A DNA stretch of 64,000 nucleotides from Eubacteriales bacterium (GTDB lineage Bacteria > Bacillota > Clostridia > Oscillospirales > CAG-272), in NCBI GenBank assembly GCA_045653105.1, contig JAZOLL010000030.1, positions 536 through 64,535 of the forward strand, read 5' to 3'. The notes beneath the pieces were generated by a model, which saw nothing but the letters and a program-made list of their open reading frames with translations, was not told the origin of the DNA and did no database searches. Numbering within the stretch: position 1 is the stretch's first letter; every line of letters starts with the position of its first letter. Positions 18,325 to 26,816 of the stretch are shown here, in pieces. Both the position numbers and the translations under genes were made by a program.

Positions 18325-18353
18325 TTGACAAAAGCAATACCTCGTGATATGAT
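18325..18353 (+). promoter_or_regulatory. SigA-type promoter of the padR module
   Basis: TTGACA (18325-18330), 17 nt spacer, TGA-TATGAT (18348-18353). A short palindrome TGATAT-N5-ATATCA overlaps the -10 and could be the PadR operator. Confidence 0.8.
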
Positions 18354-18378
18354 GTATATCAGAAAGAGAGGTATTGTT

Positions 18379-18693
18379 ATGGACGCTCAGTTAAAAAGAG
18401 GAATTTTAGACGTTTGCGTTCTCTCCGCCATAAAAGACGAAGAATCCTACGGCTATAAGATAATAAAGGACCTTGAGCCCTACACCCCCCTATCCGAATC
18501 CACGCTGTACACCATACTCAAGCGACTTGAGAGTGCAAATATGCTCACGGTGCGCAGCGCAGAACACAACGGGAGGCTCAGAAAATACTATCACATTACA
18601 GACGCGGGGCACTCGCGCATCGAAGAATTCAAGGAAGAATGGAAAGAAGTAATGACGATATATCAATTTGTAACGAGGGAGGACAGAAAATGA
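18379..18693 (+). CDS. PadR family transcriptional regulator
   Basis: Start ATG 18379 after AGAGAGG. PadR signature (LKRGILDVCVLSAIKDEESYGYKIIKDL...STLYTILKRLE). The track ORF start at 18325 is the -35 hexamer. Confidence 0.9.
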   Translation: MDAQLKRGILDVCVLSAIKDEESYGYKIIKDLEPYTPLSESTLYTILKRLESANMLTVRSAEHNGRLRKYYHITDAGHSRIEEFKEEWKEVMTIYQFVTREDRK

Positions 18694-19298
18694 ACAAACG
18701 GGAATTTCTCGATAGGCTTGCTATAAAGCTGTGTGGACTTCCGGAAAAAGATCTGGAGGAGCGCATTGCCTTTTACAGCGAAACGATAGATGACAGAATA
18801 GAATCGGGCCTCTCCGAGGAGGAAGCGGTTGCGGATCTCGGCAGCATCGACGAGATAGTTGCCTCAATACTCGCGGACACTCCCCTTACAAAGCTCGTAA
18901 AGGAGCGAATGAAACCGAAAAGAAGCATGACTTGGTGGGAGATAACGCTCATCGCAGTCGGTTCTCCGATATGGATAGTCCTCTTCGTATCACTCTTTGC
19001 CGTTGTTATATCGGTATACGCGGTGCTTTGGAGCTTGATAGCCGCTTTGTGGGCGATATTTGTATCCTTTGCCGTCTGTACACCCGCAGGAATAGCTCTC
19101 TCTGTTCTCTGCTTCTGTGACGGAGCGATAGCTCTCGGCATCGCTACTATAGGTATCTCACTCTTCCTTGCAGGTGCGGCGCTACTTTTGTTCTTTGCAA
19201 GCAAGGCCGCAACAGTTGGAACAGCGATGCTCACAAAGAACATCGCGCTTTGGATAAAGAGACTCTTTATTAGAAAAAAGAAGGAGGAGAAAAAATGA
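18690..19298 (+). CDS. DUF1700/HAAS-type membrane protein (PadR partner)
   Basis: ATGA overlap with padR. N-terminal MNKREFLDRLAIKLCGLPEKDLEERIAFYSETIDD is typical of DUF1700. C-terminal TM bundle. Confidence 0.8.
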   Translation: MNKREFLDRLAIKLCGLPEKDLEERIAFYSETIDDRIESGLSEEEAVADLGSIDEIVASILADTPLTKLVKERMKPKRSMTWWEITLIAVGSPIWIVLFVSLFAVVISVYAVLWSLIAALWAIFVSFAVCTPAGIALSVLCFCDGAIALGIATIGISLFLAGAALLLFFASKAATVGTAMLTKNIALWIKRLFIRKKKEEKK

Positions 19299-20248
19299 AA
19301 ACGACTTGGATAGTGATAATAATAGCTGTGTCTCTTATGGTCGTAGGAACACTTCTTTTCGTTGGTGCGATGCTTACAACGGGTTTTGAGTTTTCTGAGA
19401 AATACGAGACTAATGAGTACGATATAACAGACGAGATAAACAGCATTTTGATAGACACAAAAGAAGCGGATATCAATATCCTGCCCTCTGAGGATGGCAA
19501 ATGCCGTGTAGTATGTAACGATAAAGAAAGAACAAAGCATTTGGTCGGTAGCTCTAACGGAAAGCTTACGATAGAGCTTGATGACGAGCGTAAATGGTAT
19601 AATTATATATCATTTTTCAACTCTAAATCGCCTACTATAACCGTATATCTTCCTACAGACTGCTCTGCGTCGCTAAAGATCGACTCAAACACGTCTGATA
19701 TAGATATATCAAAGGATTTCACCTTTAAGTCGATCGATGTTTCGCTTTCTACAGGAGATGTAATCTGTCGTGCTTCCTCGGAAACTATTGTAAAAATCAA
19801 CACGACAACAGGAAATATAACTCTCGATAATATAACTGCAGAGTCCGCCGATCTCAATGTCTCCACCGGTACAATAAGTCTCTTTTGTGTGGATCTCTCG
19901 GGAGACCTTTCCTTTAATGTGAGCACAGGAAAATCCAAGCTCAACACAGTAAGATGCAAAAATCTTACCTCGACAGGAAACACAGGCAAAGTAGACCTTT
20001 CGCAGGTTTTGGCAGAAAAGGATATGTATATCGAGAGAACTACTGGAGATATTGAATTCGCGCACTCTGACGCAAAAAATATAACCTTTAAAACAGACAC
20101 GGGCGACGTTGAAGGCACGCTCACCTCGGAAAAAATATTCAACTATCGCACAAGCACGGGGGATGTTGACATCCCAAGAAGCGGAAGCGGTGGATTTTGC
20201 GACATAACGACCTCCACCGGTGATATTGAAATAAAAATAGTAAAATAA
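19295..20248 (+). CDS. DUF4097 (toastrack-type beta-solenoid) protein with N-terminal TM anchor
   Basis: ATGA overlap with the upstream gene. Repeated S/T-G-D/N-I/V motifs (STGDV, TTGNI, STGTI, STGKS, TTGDI, DTGDV, STGDV, STGDI) are typical of DUF4097. Confidence 0.8.
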   Translation: MKTTWIVIIIAVSLMVVGTLLFVGAMLTTGFEFSEKYETNEYDITDEINSILIDTKEADINILPSEDGKCRVVCNDKERTKHLVGSSNGKLTIELDDERKWYNYISFFNSKSPTITVYLPTDCSASLKIDSNTSDIDISKDFTFKSIDVSLSTGDVICRASSETIVKINTTTGNITLDNITAESADLNVSTGTISLFCVDLSGDLSFNVSTGKSKLNTVRCKNLTSTGNTGKVDLSQVLAEKDMYIERTTGDIEFAHSDAKNITFKTDTGDVEGTLTSEKIFNYRTSTGDVDIPRSGSGGFCDITTSTGDIEIKIVK

Positions 20249-20253
20249 TCCTA

Positions 20254-20287
20254 CCCCCTCAAGGCGTGCCTTGAGGGGGGGATTTTC
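20254..20287 (+). terminator. Rho-independent terminator of the padR module
   Basis: CCCCCTCAAGGC / GCCTTGAGGGGG stem followed by GGATTTT. Confidence 0.8.
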
Positions 20288-20334
20288 ATAATTTCTCCAC
20301 CGCTTGCAAATACTATCAAAAAAACGGAGGATTT

Positions 20335-21315
20335 ATGTGTACAGCTGTTTTTGATAATTCGGACTTTCCCCTTTTTGGGCGCACGCTCGATCTTGAATAC
20401 TCAAACTGCGAGAGCGTTATCCTGACGCCCCGTCGCTTTTCTCTTGATTTTCTTCACGCACCCCCTGAAAAAGAGCACTCCGCGATACTCGGCATCGGCA
20501 TAATAAAAGACGGCACTCCCCTTTACTACGACGCGACAAACGAGTCGGGAGTTGCCGTTGCCGCTTTGAATTTTCCGCACAGTTGTATCTACAGAAAAGC
20601 AAAAGAGGGATCGCTAAATCTCGCCTCGTTTGAGGTTATTCCTTTTATCCTGTCACACTGCGGCTCCACCGATGAAGCAAAGGATATTTTGAGCGATCTA
20701 AACATCACAAATGAGCCCCACTCAAAAGAATTCCCTCCCTCGCCCCTCCACTGGATGATATCGGACAAGCGCTCTGCCATAGTAGTTGAAGCTACCGAAA
20801 GCGGAGTAAATATCTATGAAAATTCTCTCGGTGTGCTCGCCAATGAGCCGCCCTTTCCCTACCATTTGGCTCACCTTGGGAGCTTTGTCTCGCTTGATTC
20901 TGCGCCCCCTGAAAACACACTTTGCAAGGGCGTCGATGTACCCGTGCTTTCAAGAGGAGCAGGAGGTTTTGGGCTCCCGGGTGACTTTTCATCCACCTCT
21001 CGTTTTGTCCGCGCAGTGTTTGTAAAAAACCACACAAAAACCGAAGACTGTTTCACCTCCTCGGTGAGTAGATTTTTTCATATACTCGCATCGGTATCCG
21101 TGCCGTTTGGCTGTGTTAAGACCCACGAAGGGCGCGAAGTCGCAACTCACTACACCTCTTGCGCCTCGCTTTGTGAGTTCTCGTATCATTTCACGACCTA
21201 TGCCTCTCGTCGCATCCGCAAGGTATCGCCAAGCGAGGCTCAAACGTGGGGAGATCGGCTATTCTCTGTCCCACTTGACGAGCGTGAGGAGTTCTTCACT
21301 CTACCTCTCAAATAA
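20335..21315 (+). CDS. Choloylglycine hydrolase family protein (bile-salt hydrolase / linear amide C-N hydrolase, Ntn type)
   Basis: The N-terminus MCTAV gives Cys2 as the Ntn nucleophile. Family-typical FGRTLDLEY and NEPPFPYHL blocks. RBS GGAGG upstream. Confidence 0.85.
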   Translation: MCTAVFDNSDFPLFGRTLDLEYSNCESVILTPRRFSLDFLHAPPEKEHSAILGIGIIKDGTPLYYDATNESGVAVAALNFPHSCIYRKAKEGSLNLASFEVIPFILSHCGSTDEAKDILSDLNITNEPHSKEFPPSPLHWMISDKRSAIVVEATESGVNIYENSLGVLANEPPFPYHLAHLGSFVSLDSAPPENTLCKGVDVPVLSRGAGGFGLPGDFSSTSRFVRAVFVKNHTKTEDCFTSSVSRFFHILASVSVPFGCVKTHEGREVATHYTSCASLCEFSYHFTTYASRRIRKVSPSEAQTWGDRLFSVPLDEREEFFTLPLK

Positions 21316-21326
21316 GATTTCTTTTC

Positions 21327-21355
21327 TTGACACAGTAAAAAAACAGTGTTATAAT
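21327..21355 (+). promoter_or_regulatory. SigA-type promoter of metallophosphoesterase paralog 1
   Basis: TTGACA, 17 nt spacer, TGT-TATAAT. Confidence 0.8.
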
Positions 21356-21396
21356 TATCTTGGACTCACACCTTTTATTTTATAAAGGAGATAACT

Positions 21397-22644
21397 ATGA
21401 AAAGAATTATAGCCACTATATGCATTTTAGCGCTGATTTTATCTGTGGGTGCGATCGGCACGCTCTCCGCGTCAGCCTCAAGCGATTGGTTTGACTATGA
21501 GCTCGGCAAGGATCCCGACTATTCCTTTGCGGTCATCGGAGACATACAGACCCTCGCTTGGTTTGACCAGAGAGAAAGCACAACCTACACCAAAAAGCTC
21601 GTCGATTGGATACTCAACAACAAGGACGATAGAAAGATCGAGTACGTTTTCGGTCTTGGCGACACGATAGAAACTCTCAGCTCATGGGACGAGAGCGGAT
21701 ATAACACAAGCGTAACAAATCCCGGCGAGTGGAGCATCACCTCCACACAGATCAAGCGCATGAACGGCGTTGTGCCCTATATGATAGTCCGTGGAAACCA
21801 CGACGACGAGGCGGGATACCACAAGTACATCTGCACTAACGACTATCAAAGCCAGATGGACGGATTCTTCTACGATCCATCAGAGCCCGCGCTTCACGGC
21901 AACTCAATGTCCAACTCCTACAAAAAGATAACCGCAGGCGGTCAGAAATATCTTATGATGGCGCTTGACTTTGATGTAAATGACGAGGTTATCGACTGGG
22001 CAAACAACGTGATCGAAGCAAATCCAGACCACAGAGTTATCGTTGCGGTACACGCCTATAATAGCGGCGCCTCCGGAGGCTTCCTCAAGACAGAGATCGG
22101 TCAGCCCGGAATCGACGACGAAACAGACGGAGATGAAAACCACGACTGGTTCTATTTTGACGGTGAAAAACTTTGGAGTGAGATATTCTCAAAGCACGAA
22201 AACATGTTTATGGTGCTCTCAGGTCACGTTTCCGTGACAAACCCGGTCGTTAAAGAAAGAAAGGGCGCGGGAGACAACTATGTTTTCGAGGTGCTCGTTG
22301 ATCCCCAAGCTCACGATGAAAATCTGCACGAATACAGCGATGGCGCCGGTGCTTTCGTTATGATGATAAACTTTTCAGTGAATGGAAACAGACTTGAGTT
22401 TGAATATATCTCTACTACAAGAGATAAGCACTATAAGGCCTCTAACCAGTATGTAAAAAAGGTTCATGGCACGTCGCTCCTTGAACTCAAAACCACCACA
22501 ACAACCGAAAATGATGACGATGACGACCGCAAAGACAAAAAGGATGGCGGTTGCTCCTCCTCTCTTACCTCTACTGTCGCCGTAGCGACCACTCTAGGCA
22601 CCGCGCTCTCCGCGTTTGCCCTGAGACGGAAAAAAGAAGATTAA
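21397..22644 (+). CDS. Secreted calcineurin-like metallophosphoesterase, paralog 1, with Thr/Asp linker and Gly-Cys/TM/basic C-terminal signal
   Basis: Signal peptide (ends SASASS). MPE motifs GDIQ, GLGD, RGNHDDE, VHAY, SGHV. C-terminus TTTTTENDDDDDRKDKKDGGCSSSLTSTVAVATTLGTALSAFALRRKKED. Confidence 0.85.
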   Translation: MKRIIATICILALILSVGAIGTLSASASSDWFDYELGKDPDYSFAVIGDIQTLAWFDQRESTTYTKKLVDWILNNKDDRKIEYVFGLGDTIETLSSWDESGYNTSVTNPGEWSITSTQIKRMNGVVPYMIVRGNHDDEAGYHKYICTNDYQSQMDGFFYDPSEPALHGNSMSNSYKKITAGGQKYLMMALDFDVNDEVIDWANNVIEANPDHRVIVAVHAYNSGASGGFLKTEIGQPGIDDETDGDENHDWFYFDGEKLWSEIFSKHENMFMVLSGHVSVTNPVVKERKGAGDNYVFEVLVDPQAHDENLHEYSDGAGAFVMMINFSVNGNRLEFEYISTTRDKHYKASNQYVKKVHGTSLLELKTTTTTENDDDDDRKDKKDGGCSSSLTSTVAVATTLGTALSAFALRRKKED

Positions 22645-22650
22645 ATGATC

Positions 22651-22698
22651 ATCGCGTATGCGAGCTGTTTATCAGGTTCGCATACGCGATGTTTTTTG
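22651..22698 (+). terminator. Rho-independent terminator after paralog 1
   Basis: 13 bp stem ATCGCGTATGCGA / TCGCATACGCGAT followed by GTTTTTT. Confidence 0.85.
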
Positions 22699-22713
22699 CA
22701 ATAAACTTTTTGA

Positions 22714-22742
22714 TTGACAAAAGAAAAATAAAATGGTATAAT
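22714..22742 (+). promoter_or_regulatory. SigA-type promoter of metallophosphoesterase paralog 2
   Basis: TTGACA, 17 nt spacer, TGG-TATAAT. Confidence 0.8.
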
Positions 22743-22787
22743 TTACTTGCCTAATAATATCATTACATTTATTTAAAGGAGTTAGCT

Positions 22788-24158
22788 ATGAAAAAAAGAC
22801 TTGTGGCAATAGTTTGCCTTATCGCGCTCATGCTTTCCATGTCAACCCTCGGCTCTCTCTCTGTTTTTGCAGAAGGTGAAGACGGCGAAGAAAACCCCTG
22901 GCTCGAATTCTATGATCTCTCTGATATTCCCGACTATTCCTTCGCAGTAATCGGCGACATACAGAGCCTTACTTATCTTGATACCGACGCACAGGTAAGA
23001 GCACAGGTTGGTCTTCCTGAAGTAAGAAGCACATCTTACTTGTCTACTCTCTTCGATTGGATCATCGAAAACAAAGATGAGAGAAAGATCGAATACGTAT
23101 TCGGACTTGGAGACAGCGTAGAAACTCTCAGCACATTCCCCAACTCCTCCGAAACAACCGACCCCGATTATCCCTATTATTCAGACATCAGAAACCCCAT
23201 AGAATGGGCTTACGCAGGATCACAGTTTGCACGTCTTGACGGTGTTATTCCCTACTCTGTAGTTCGCGGAAACCACGACGACGAGGCAGGATACCACCAG
23301 TACATCTGCACAGATGATTATAAAAATCAGATGGACGGCTTTTTCTATGACGAAACAAAGCCCGCGCTTGATGGCAACTCTATGTCCAACTCCTACCGCA
23401 AAATAGAGTTTAGTGGACAGAAGTACCTCATGATGACACTTGATTTCGACACTAACGAGGATGTTATCGCTTGGGCAAATAATGTTATTGCGGCAAACCC
23501 CGACTACAGAGTAATCGTTTCTCTCCACGCATATCTTGACAAGGACAAGGGCACAGGTAAGAACTACTTCCTCAAAGAAGAGATTGCTCAGCCCGGCGCT
23601 GACAGCCAGGAAGACAACGATACCAACCACGACTGGTTCGACTTTGACGCAGAGATATTCTGGACAGAGATCTTCTCAAAGCACGAGAATATGTTTATGG
23701 TTCTCTCCGGTCACGTAAGAGAGGTTGAAGACCCGATCATCCGTAACAGAAAAGGTACAAAGGGCAACCACGTATTTGAAGTTCTTGTAAACCCCCAGAC
23801 ATATGACAGAACTCACGGGACAGATGTGACCGACGAAGAAACAGGAGTTACCACTCCCGGTCAGGCCGGTGGATTTGTAATGATCCTCAACTTCTCCCAC
23901 GACGGCAACAAGGTCGAATTTGAGTACATCTCCACAGTAACAGGTAAGCACTTCAAGGCAAAGAACCAGACAGTAAAAACTCTTCCCGGAACAAGTATGA
24001 TGACTCTCAAGACCACAACAACTACAACAACACCTGCATCATCCGATGAAAATAAGGGCGGTTGTAAGGGTGCAGTTCTCTCCACGGCGGCAGTAACCTC
24101 TGTGATCGGAACATCTCTCGCAGCATTTGCTATGAGAAAGAGAAAAGAAAATAACTAA
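22788..24158 (+). CDS. Secreted calcineurin-like metallophosphoesterase, paralog 2, with the same C-terminal signal
   Basis: Same motif set as paralog 1 (GDIQ, GLGD, RGNHDDE, LHAY, SGHV). C-terminus TTTTTTTPASSDENKGGCKGAVLSTAAVTSVIGTSLAAFAMRKRKENN. Confidence 0.85.
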   Translation: MKKRLVAIVCLIALMLSMSTLGSLSVFAEGEDGEENPWLEFYDLSDIPDYSFAVIGDIQSLTYLDTDAQVRAQVGLPEVRSTSYLSTLFDWIIENKDERKIEYVFGLGDSVETLSTFPNSSETTDPDYPYYSDIRNPIEWAYAGSQFARLDGVIPYSVVRGNHDDEAGYHQYICTDDYKNQMDGFFYDETKPALDGNSMSNSYRKIEFSGQKYLMMTLDFDTNEDVIAWANNVIAANPDYRVIVSLHAYLDKDKGTGKNYFLKEEIAQPGADSQEDNDTNHDWFDFDAEIFWTEIFSKHENMFMVLSGHVREVEDPIIRNRKGTKGNHVFEVLVNPQTYDRTHGTDVTDEETGVTTPGQAGGFVMILNFSHDGNKVEFEYISTVTGKHFKAKNQTVKTLPGTSMMTLKTTTTTTTPASSDENKGGCKGAVLSTAAVTSVIGTSLAAFAMRKRKENN

Positions 24159-24172
24159 AACCCGATAAACAA

Positions 24173-24206
24173 GGGGGACTGTTAAAATAACAGTCCCCCG
24201 TTTTCT
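24173..24206. terminator. Bidirectional terminator between paralog 2 and the GT4-CsaB gene
   Basis: GGGGGACTGTT / AACAGTCCCCC stem followed by GTTTTC. The stop codon of the minus-strand gene lies inside the hairpin. Confidence 0.75.
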
Positions 24207-26167
24207 TTGCAAAAAGCGATTATTTTTGGGTCGTCACCCACTCCCACAAACTCACACCCGGCAAGCTTTGAAAAAATAAGCGCGTGAAGTCGCTCGGAAA
24301 TGCAAAGATTTATATTTTTACAAAGGTATATTATCTCTCCTCCACTAAGTCCTGATAGCAGCTCGCACTCACACTCCTCTGAAAGCTTTGATGACTTTTT
24401 TCTATCCTCTTCGGGATACATCTCAAGAATCATCACCTCTCTGCCCTCTCGTTTTCTTCTTTTTATATCCTCGCGTATATGCAAAAGATCCGCCTTACTG
24501 CCGCCACCCGCGACCGAGACCAGCACGAGCGGTCCCTTTTTATCTCTTATGATATCCCTCACACGTGGGCTTTCAGTCGGAGAGGTGAGATACGCAAGAT
24601 CCTCCTCAATAGATAGCTTATCCGGAGGAATCCCGAGTTTTCTCGCGAATTCAAAGGAACGCTTGTCCCGAAGTCCTAGATGCTCCGCCCGTAAAAGCAC
24701 ACGGCGGAGCATCTTTTTGCCTCGCTTACCCTCCACGTCAAGACCACACCCCCAAAGCTCGACCGAAACGCCGAGCTTATAGGCTATTTTAGCGAGAGCA
24801 ATATAATAAAGGAGCGAGCGAGTGCTTGTCCTGTCCTGAAAAAGCGTACCGCCTCCAAATATAAGTCTTTTGGAATGACGTATCTCACGAATGAGAGAAA
24901 AAATATTTTTCCTGTTTACACACCGCACTCCAAAGGCGTATCTGTCTTTTTGGGGACAGCGCGTAAGTGCCGATATTTGCGTTTCTCCCTCTCTTCTGCA
25001 TCTGCTTATCGCGGCAGAGAGTAGAGTGTCATCACCTACGTTTCCAAACCCATAATAGCCGCAAATACAACTTTCTCCCCCTCTGAAGCTCAATGAATTT
25101 ATAGCGTGCTCGTAAAACTCAAGTGTTTTTCCGGCAGAGCCTATCGCCGAATGATATTTTATTATATATTCTCTTATGCTTTCGGTATTATTTTCCGCGC
25201 CGAGAAGTTGGGATACCGCTTCAAAAAGCTTGTCCTCGTTTATAGAACTACCCGACCTACCGCAAAAATTATCTTTTTCCGCATCTGAAATATTATCCGG
25301 AGTGACAATTCCGAAAAATCCCTCATTCCCCGCAATGACCGTAGGTATGCCACAGGACATAGCCTCAAGCGCGGCACGTGAAACTCCCACAAAAGCATCA
25401 GAGCCTTTTAGTTCCTCGCTCACGTCTTCAAGTCTGCCTACCGTCTCTATACACTCGTACCCTATCCTATGATTCATATGCGCAGCAAGACGAGTAATGG
25501 AGGCATATTCGCTTCCCCCTCCCACTATCCTTATCTTTAATTTCCCGTGTCGAGAGATAAGACGATCGGCTATCCTGCAAAGAGAGTAAGCCGCCGCAGA
25601 GGAATCCGCATCAAGGCGACTCACAAAGCATATCCGTCTCTCATCTCCTCCCACTCTGCCCTCCTTGGGCGCAAGGCGCTCGGTATCAACACCGTTCGGT
25701 ATAATACGTATCCGCTCTGGCAGAACTCCGTACTCCTTAGTTAGATATTTTGCGAGATCCTCACTAACCGCGCTTACTAAATACCCCCAACGCGACATAT
25801 ACTTTTTTATCGGAGATGTTGAAAATTTCGCGTGAACCGAGGTAACAAACGGAACACCCAGTCCCCTTGATGCCATATCCGCTATATATGCTGCTCTGCG
25901 AGAGTGAGCATGTATTATGTCAAACTTTTCTCTCTTTATAATCCTTCTGAGTTTAGAATAGCATCTTGCCGCACCCAAGCTCTCACGAAACAAAAAATTT
26001 ATCTTTATATGACGTATCCCCTCGGAGGCTACCCTTTCGCTTATCTCCCCACCCGAGGATACGACGGTGACATCCGCGCCGCACACCATCAGTCCTCTCG
26101 CAAGCTCGAACACATGTGTCTCCGCACCACCTATACCAAGTGAATCAATAAGCAAAAGCACCTTCAT
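24182..26167 (-). CDS. Fusion protein: N-terminal GT4 glycosyltransferase plus C-terminal CsaB-type polysaccharide pyruvyl transferase
   Basis: The N-terminus MKVLLLIDSLGIGGAETHV is GT4-like. From about aa 365, ICGYYGFGNVGDDTLLSAAI and a C-terminal ERLHALIF...GVGDDPKI block are typical of CsaB/PS_pyruv_trans. It is a single uninterrupted 661-codon ORF. Confidence 0.8.
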   Translation of the reverse strand: MKVLLLIDSLGIGGAETHVFELARGLMVCGADVTVVSSGGEISERVASEGIRHIKINFLFRESLGAARCYSKLRRIIKREKFDIIHAHSRRAAYIADMASRGLGVPFVTSVHAKFSTSPIKKYMSRWGYLVSAVSEDLAKYLTKEYGVLPERIRIIPNGVDTERLAPKEGRVGGDERRICFVSRLDADSSAAAYSLCRIADRLISRHGKLKIRIVGGGSEYASITRLAAHMNHRIGYECIETVGRLEDVSEELKGSDAFVGVSRAALEAMSCGIPTVIAGNEGFFGIVTPDNISDAEKDNFCGRSGSSINEDKLFEAVSQLLGAENNTESIREYIIKYHSAIGSAGKTLEFYEHAINSLSFRGGESCICGYYGFGNVGDDTLLSAAISRCRREGETQISALTRCPQKDRYAFGVRCVNRKNIFSLIREIRHSKRLIFGGGTLFQDRTSTRSLLYYIALAKIAYKLGVSVELWGCGLDVEGKRGKKMLRRVLLRAEHLGLRDKRSFEFARKLGIPPDKLSIEEDLAYLTSPTESPRVRDIIRDKKGPLVLVSVAGGGSKADLLHIREDIKRRKREGREVMILEMYPEEDRKKSSKLSEECECELLSGLSGGEIIYLCKNINLCISERLHALIFSKLAGCEFVGVGDDPKIIAFCKENGGLLF

Positions 26168-26691
26168 TTTCTCTCCCCCAGTATTTTTCCTTTAAAGCGA
26201 ATTATCTTTATCTCGCACTCCTCGCCAAAAAGCTCGCCTCGAATCGCAATCGGCACCCCTCCGTCAACCAATAGCAAAAACTCCTCACCCGTGACGCGTC
26301 TAACGGTCATTTTTTCGGATTCTTCACCGTGCTTTTCGCTCTCCTTTATCACACTGTCATACTCAAAGAACTTTTCTACCGCAAGCATTTCCAAAAAGAT
26401 ATCCCTCTCGATATAAACTCCCTCGAAGCGGGCACTGACTATACCCCCCTCTCGCTTTATCTCAAGCCCCGCAATGCTCTGCGGCTCACAAAAGCGGATA
26501 CTCACATCATTGCCTTTCAACTCGCTCTTATGTACTATCCCTCTTATTGTCCTGCCGTTTTTCTCAAAGCTTATCTCACACACTATATCTCCCGAAATGT
26601 AGCTAAAATCCCGCACTTTTGCCGTGCACCCAGAAAAGCAAAATAAAATCATCAAAATAAAAGCTAAAAGTGATATACAATATCTCTTCAT
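26164..26691 (-). CDS. Hypothetical lipoprotein, translationally coupled to the GT4-CsaB gene
   Basis: Start ATG 26691 after AAGGGGG. Lipobox FSGC. ATGA overlap with the downstream gene. I recognise no family. Confidence 0.7.
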   Translation of the reverse strand: MKRYCISLLAFILMILFCFSGCTAKVRDFSYISGDIVCEISFEKNGRTIRGIVHKSELKGNDVSIRFCEPQSIAGLEIKREGGIVSARFEGVYIERDIFLEMLAVEKFFEYDSVIKESEKHGEESEKMTVRRVTGEEFLLLVDGGVPIAIRGELFGEECEIKIIRFKGKILGERK

Positions 26692-26816
26692 ATTATTCCC
26701 CCTTTTCAAAAACAGAATATGAAAAACATTATTATTTAATACGTAAATAAGCCTTGAAAAGAGGTGGTTTATGTGTTAAAATATATCTATTAGGTTAGAA
26801 AGGTGTAATGTCTATT

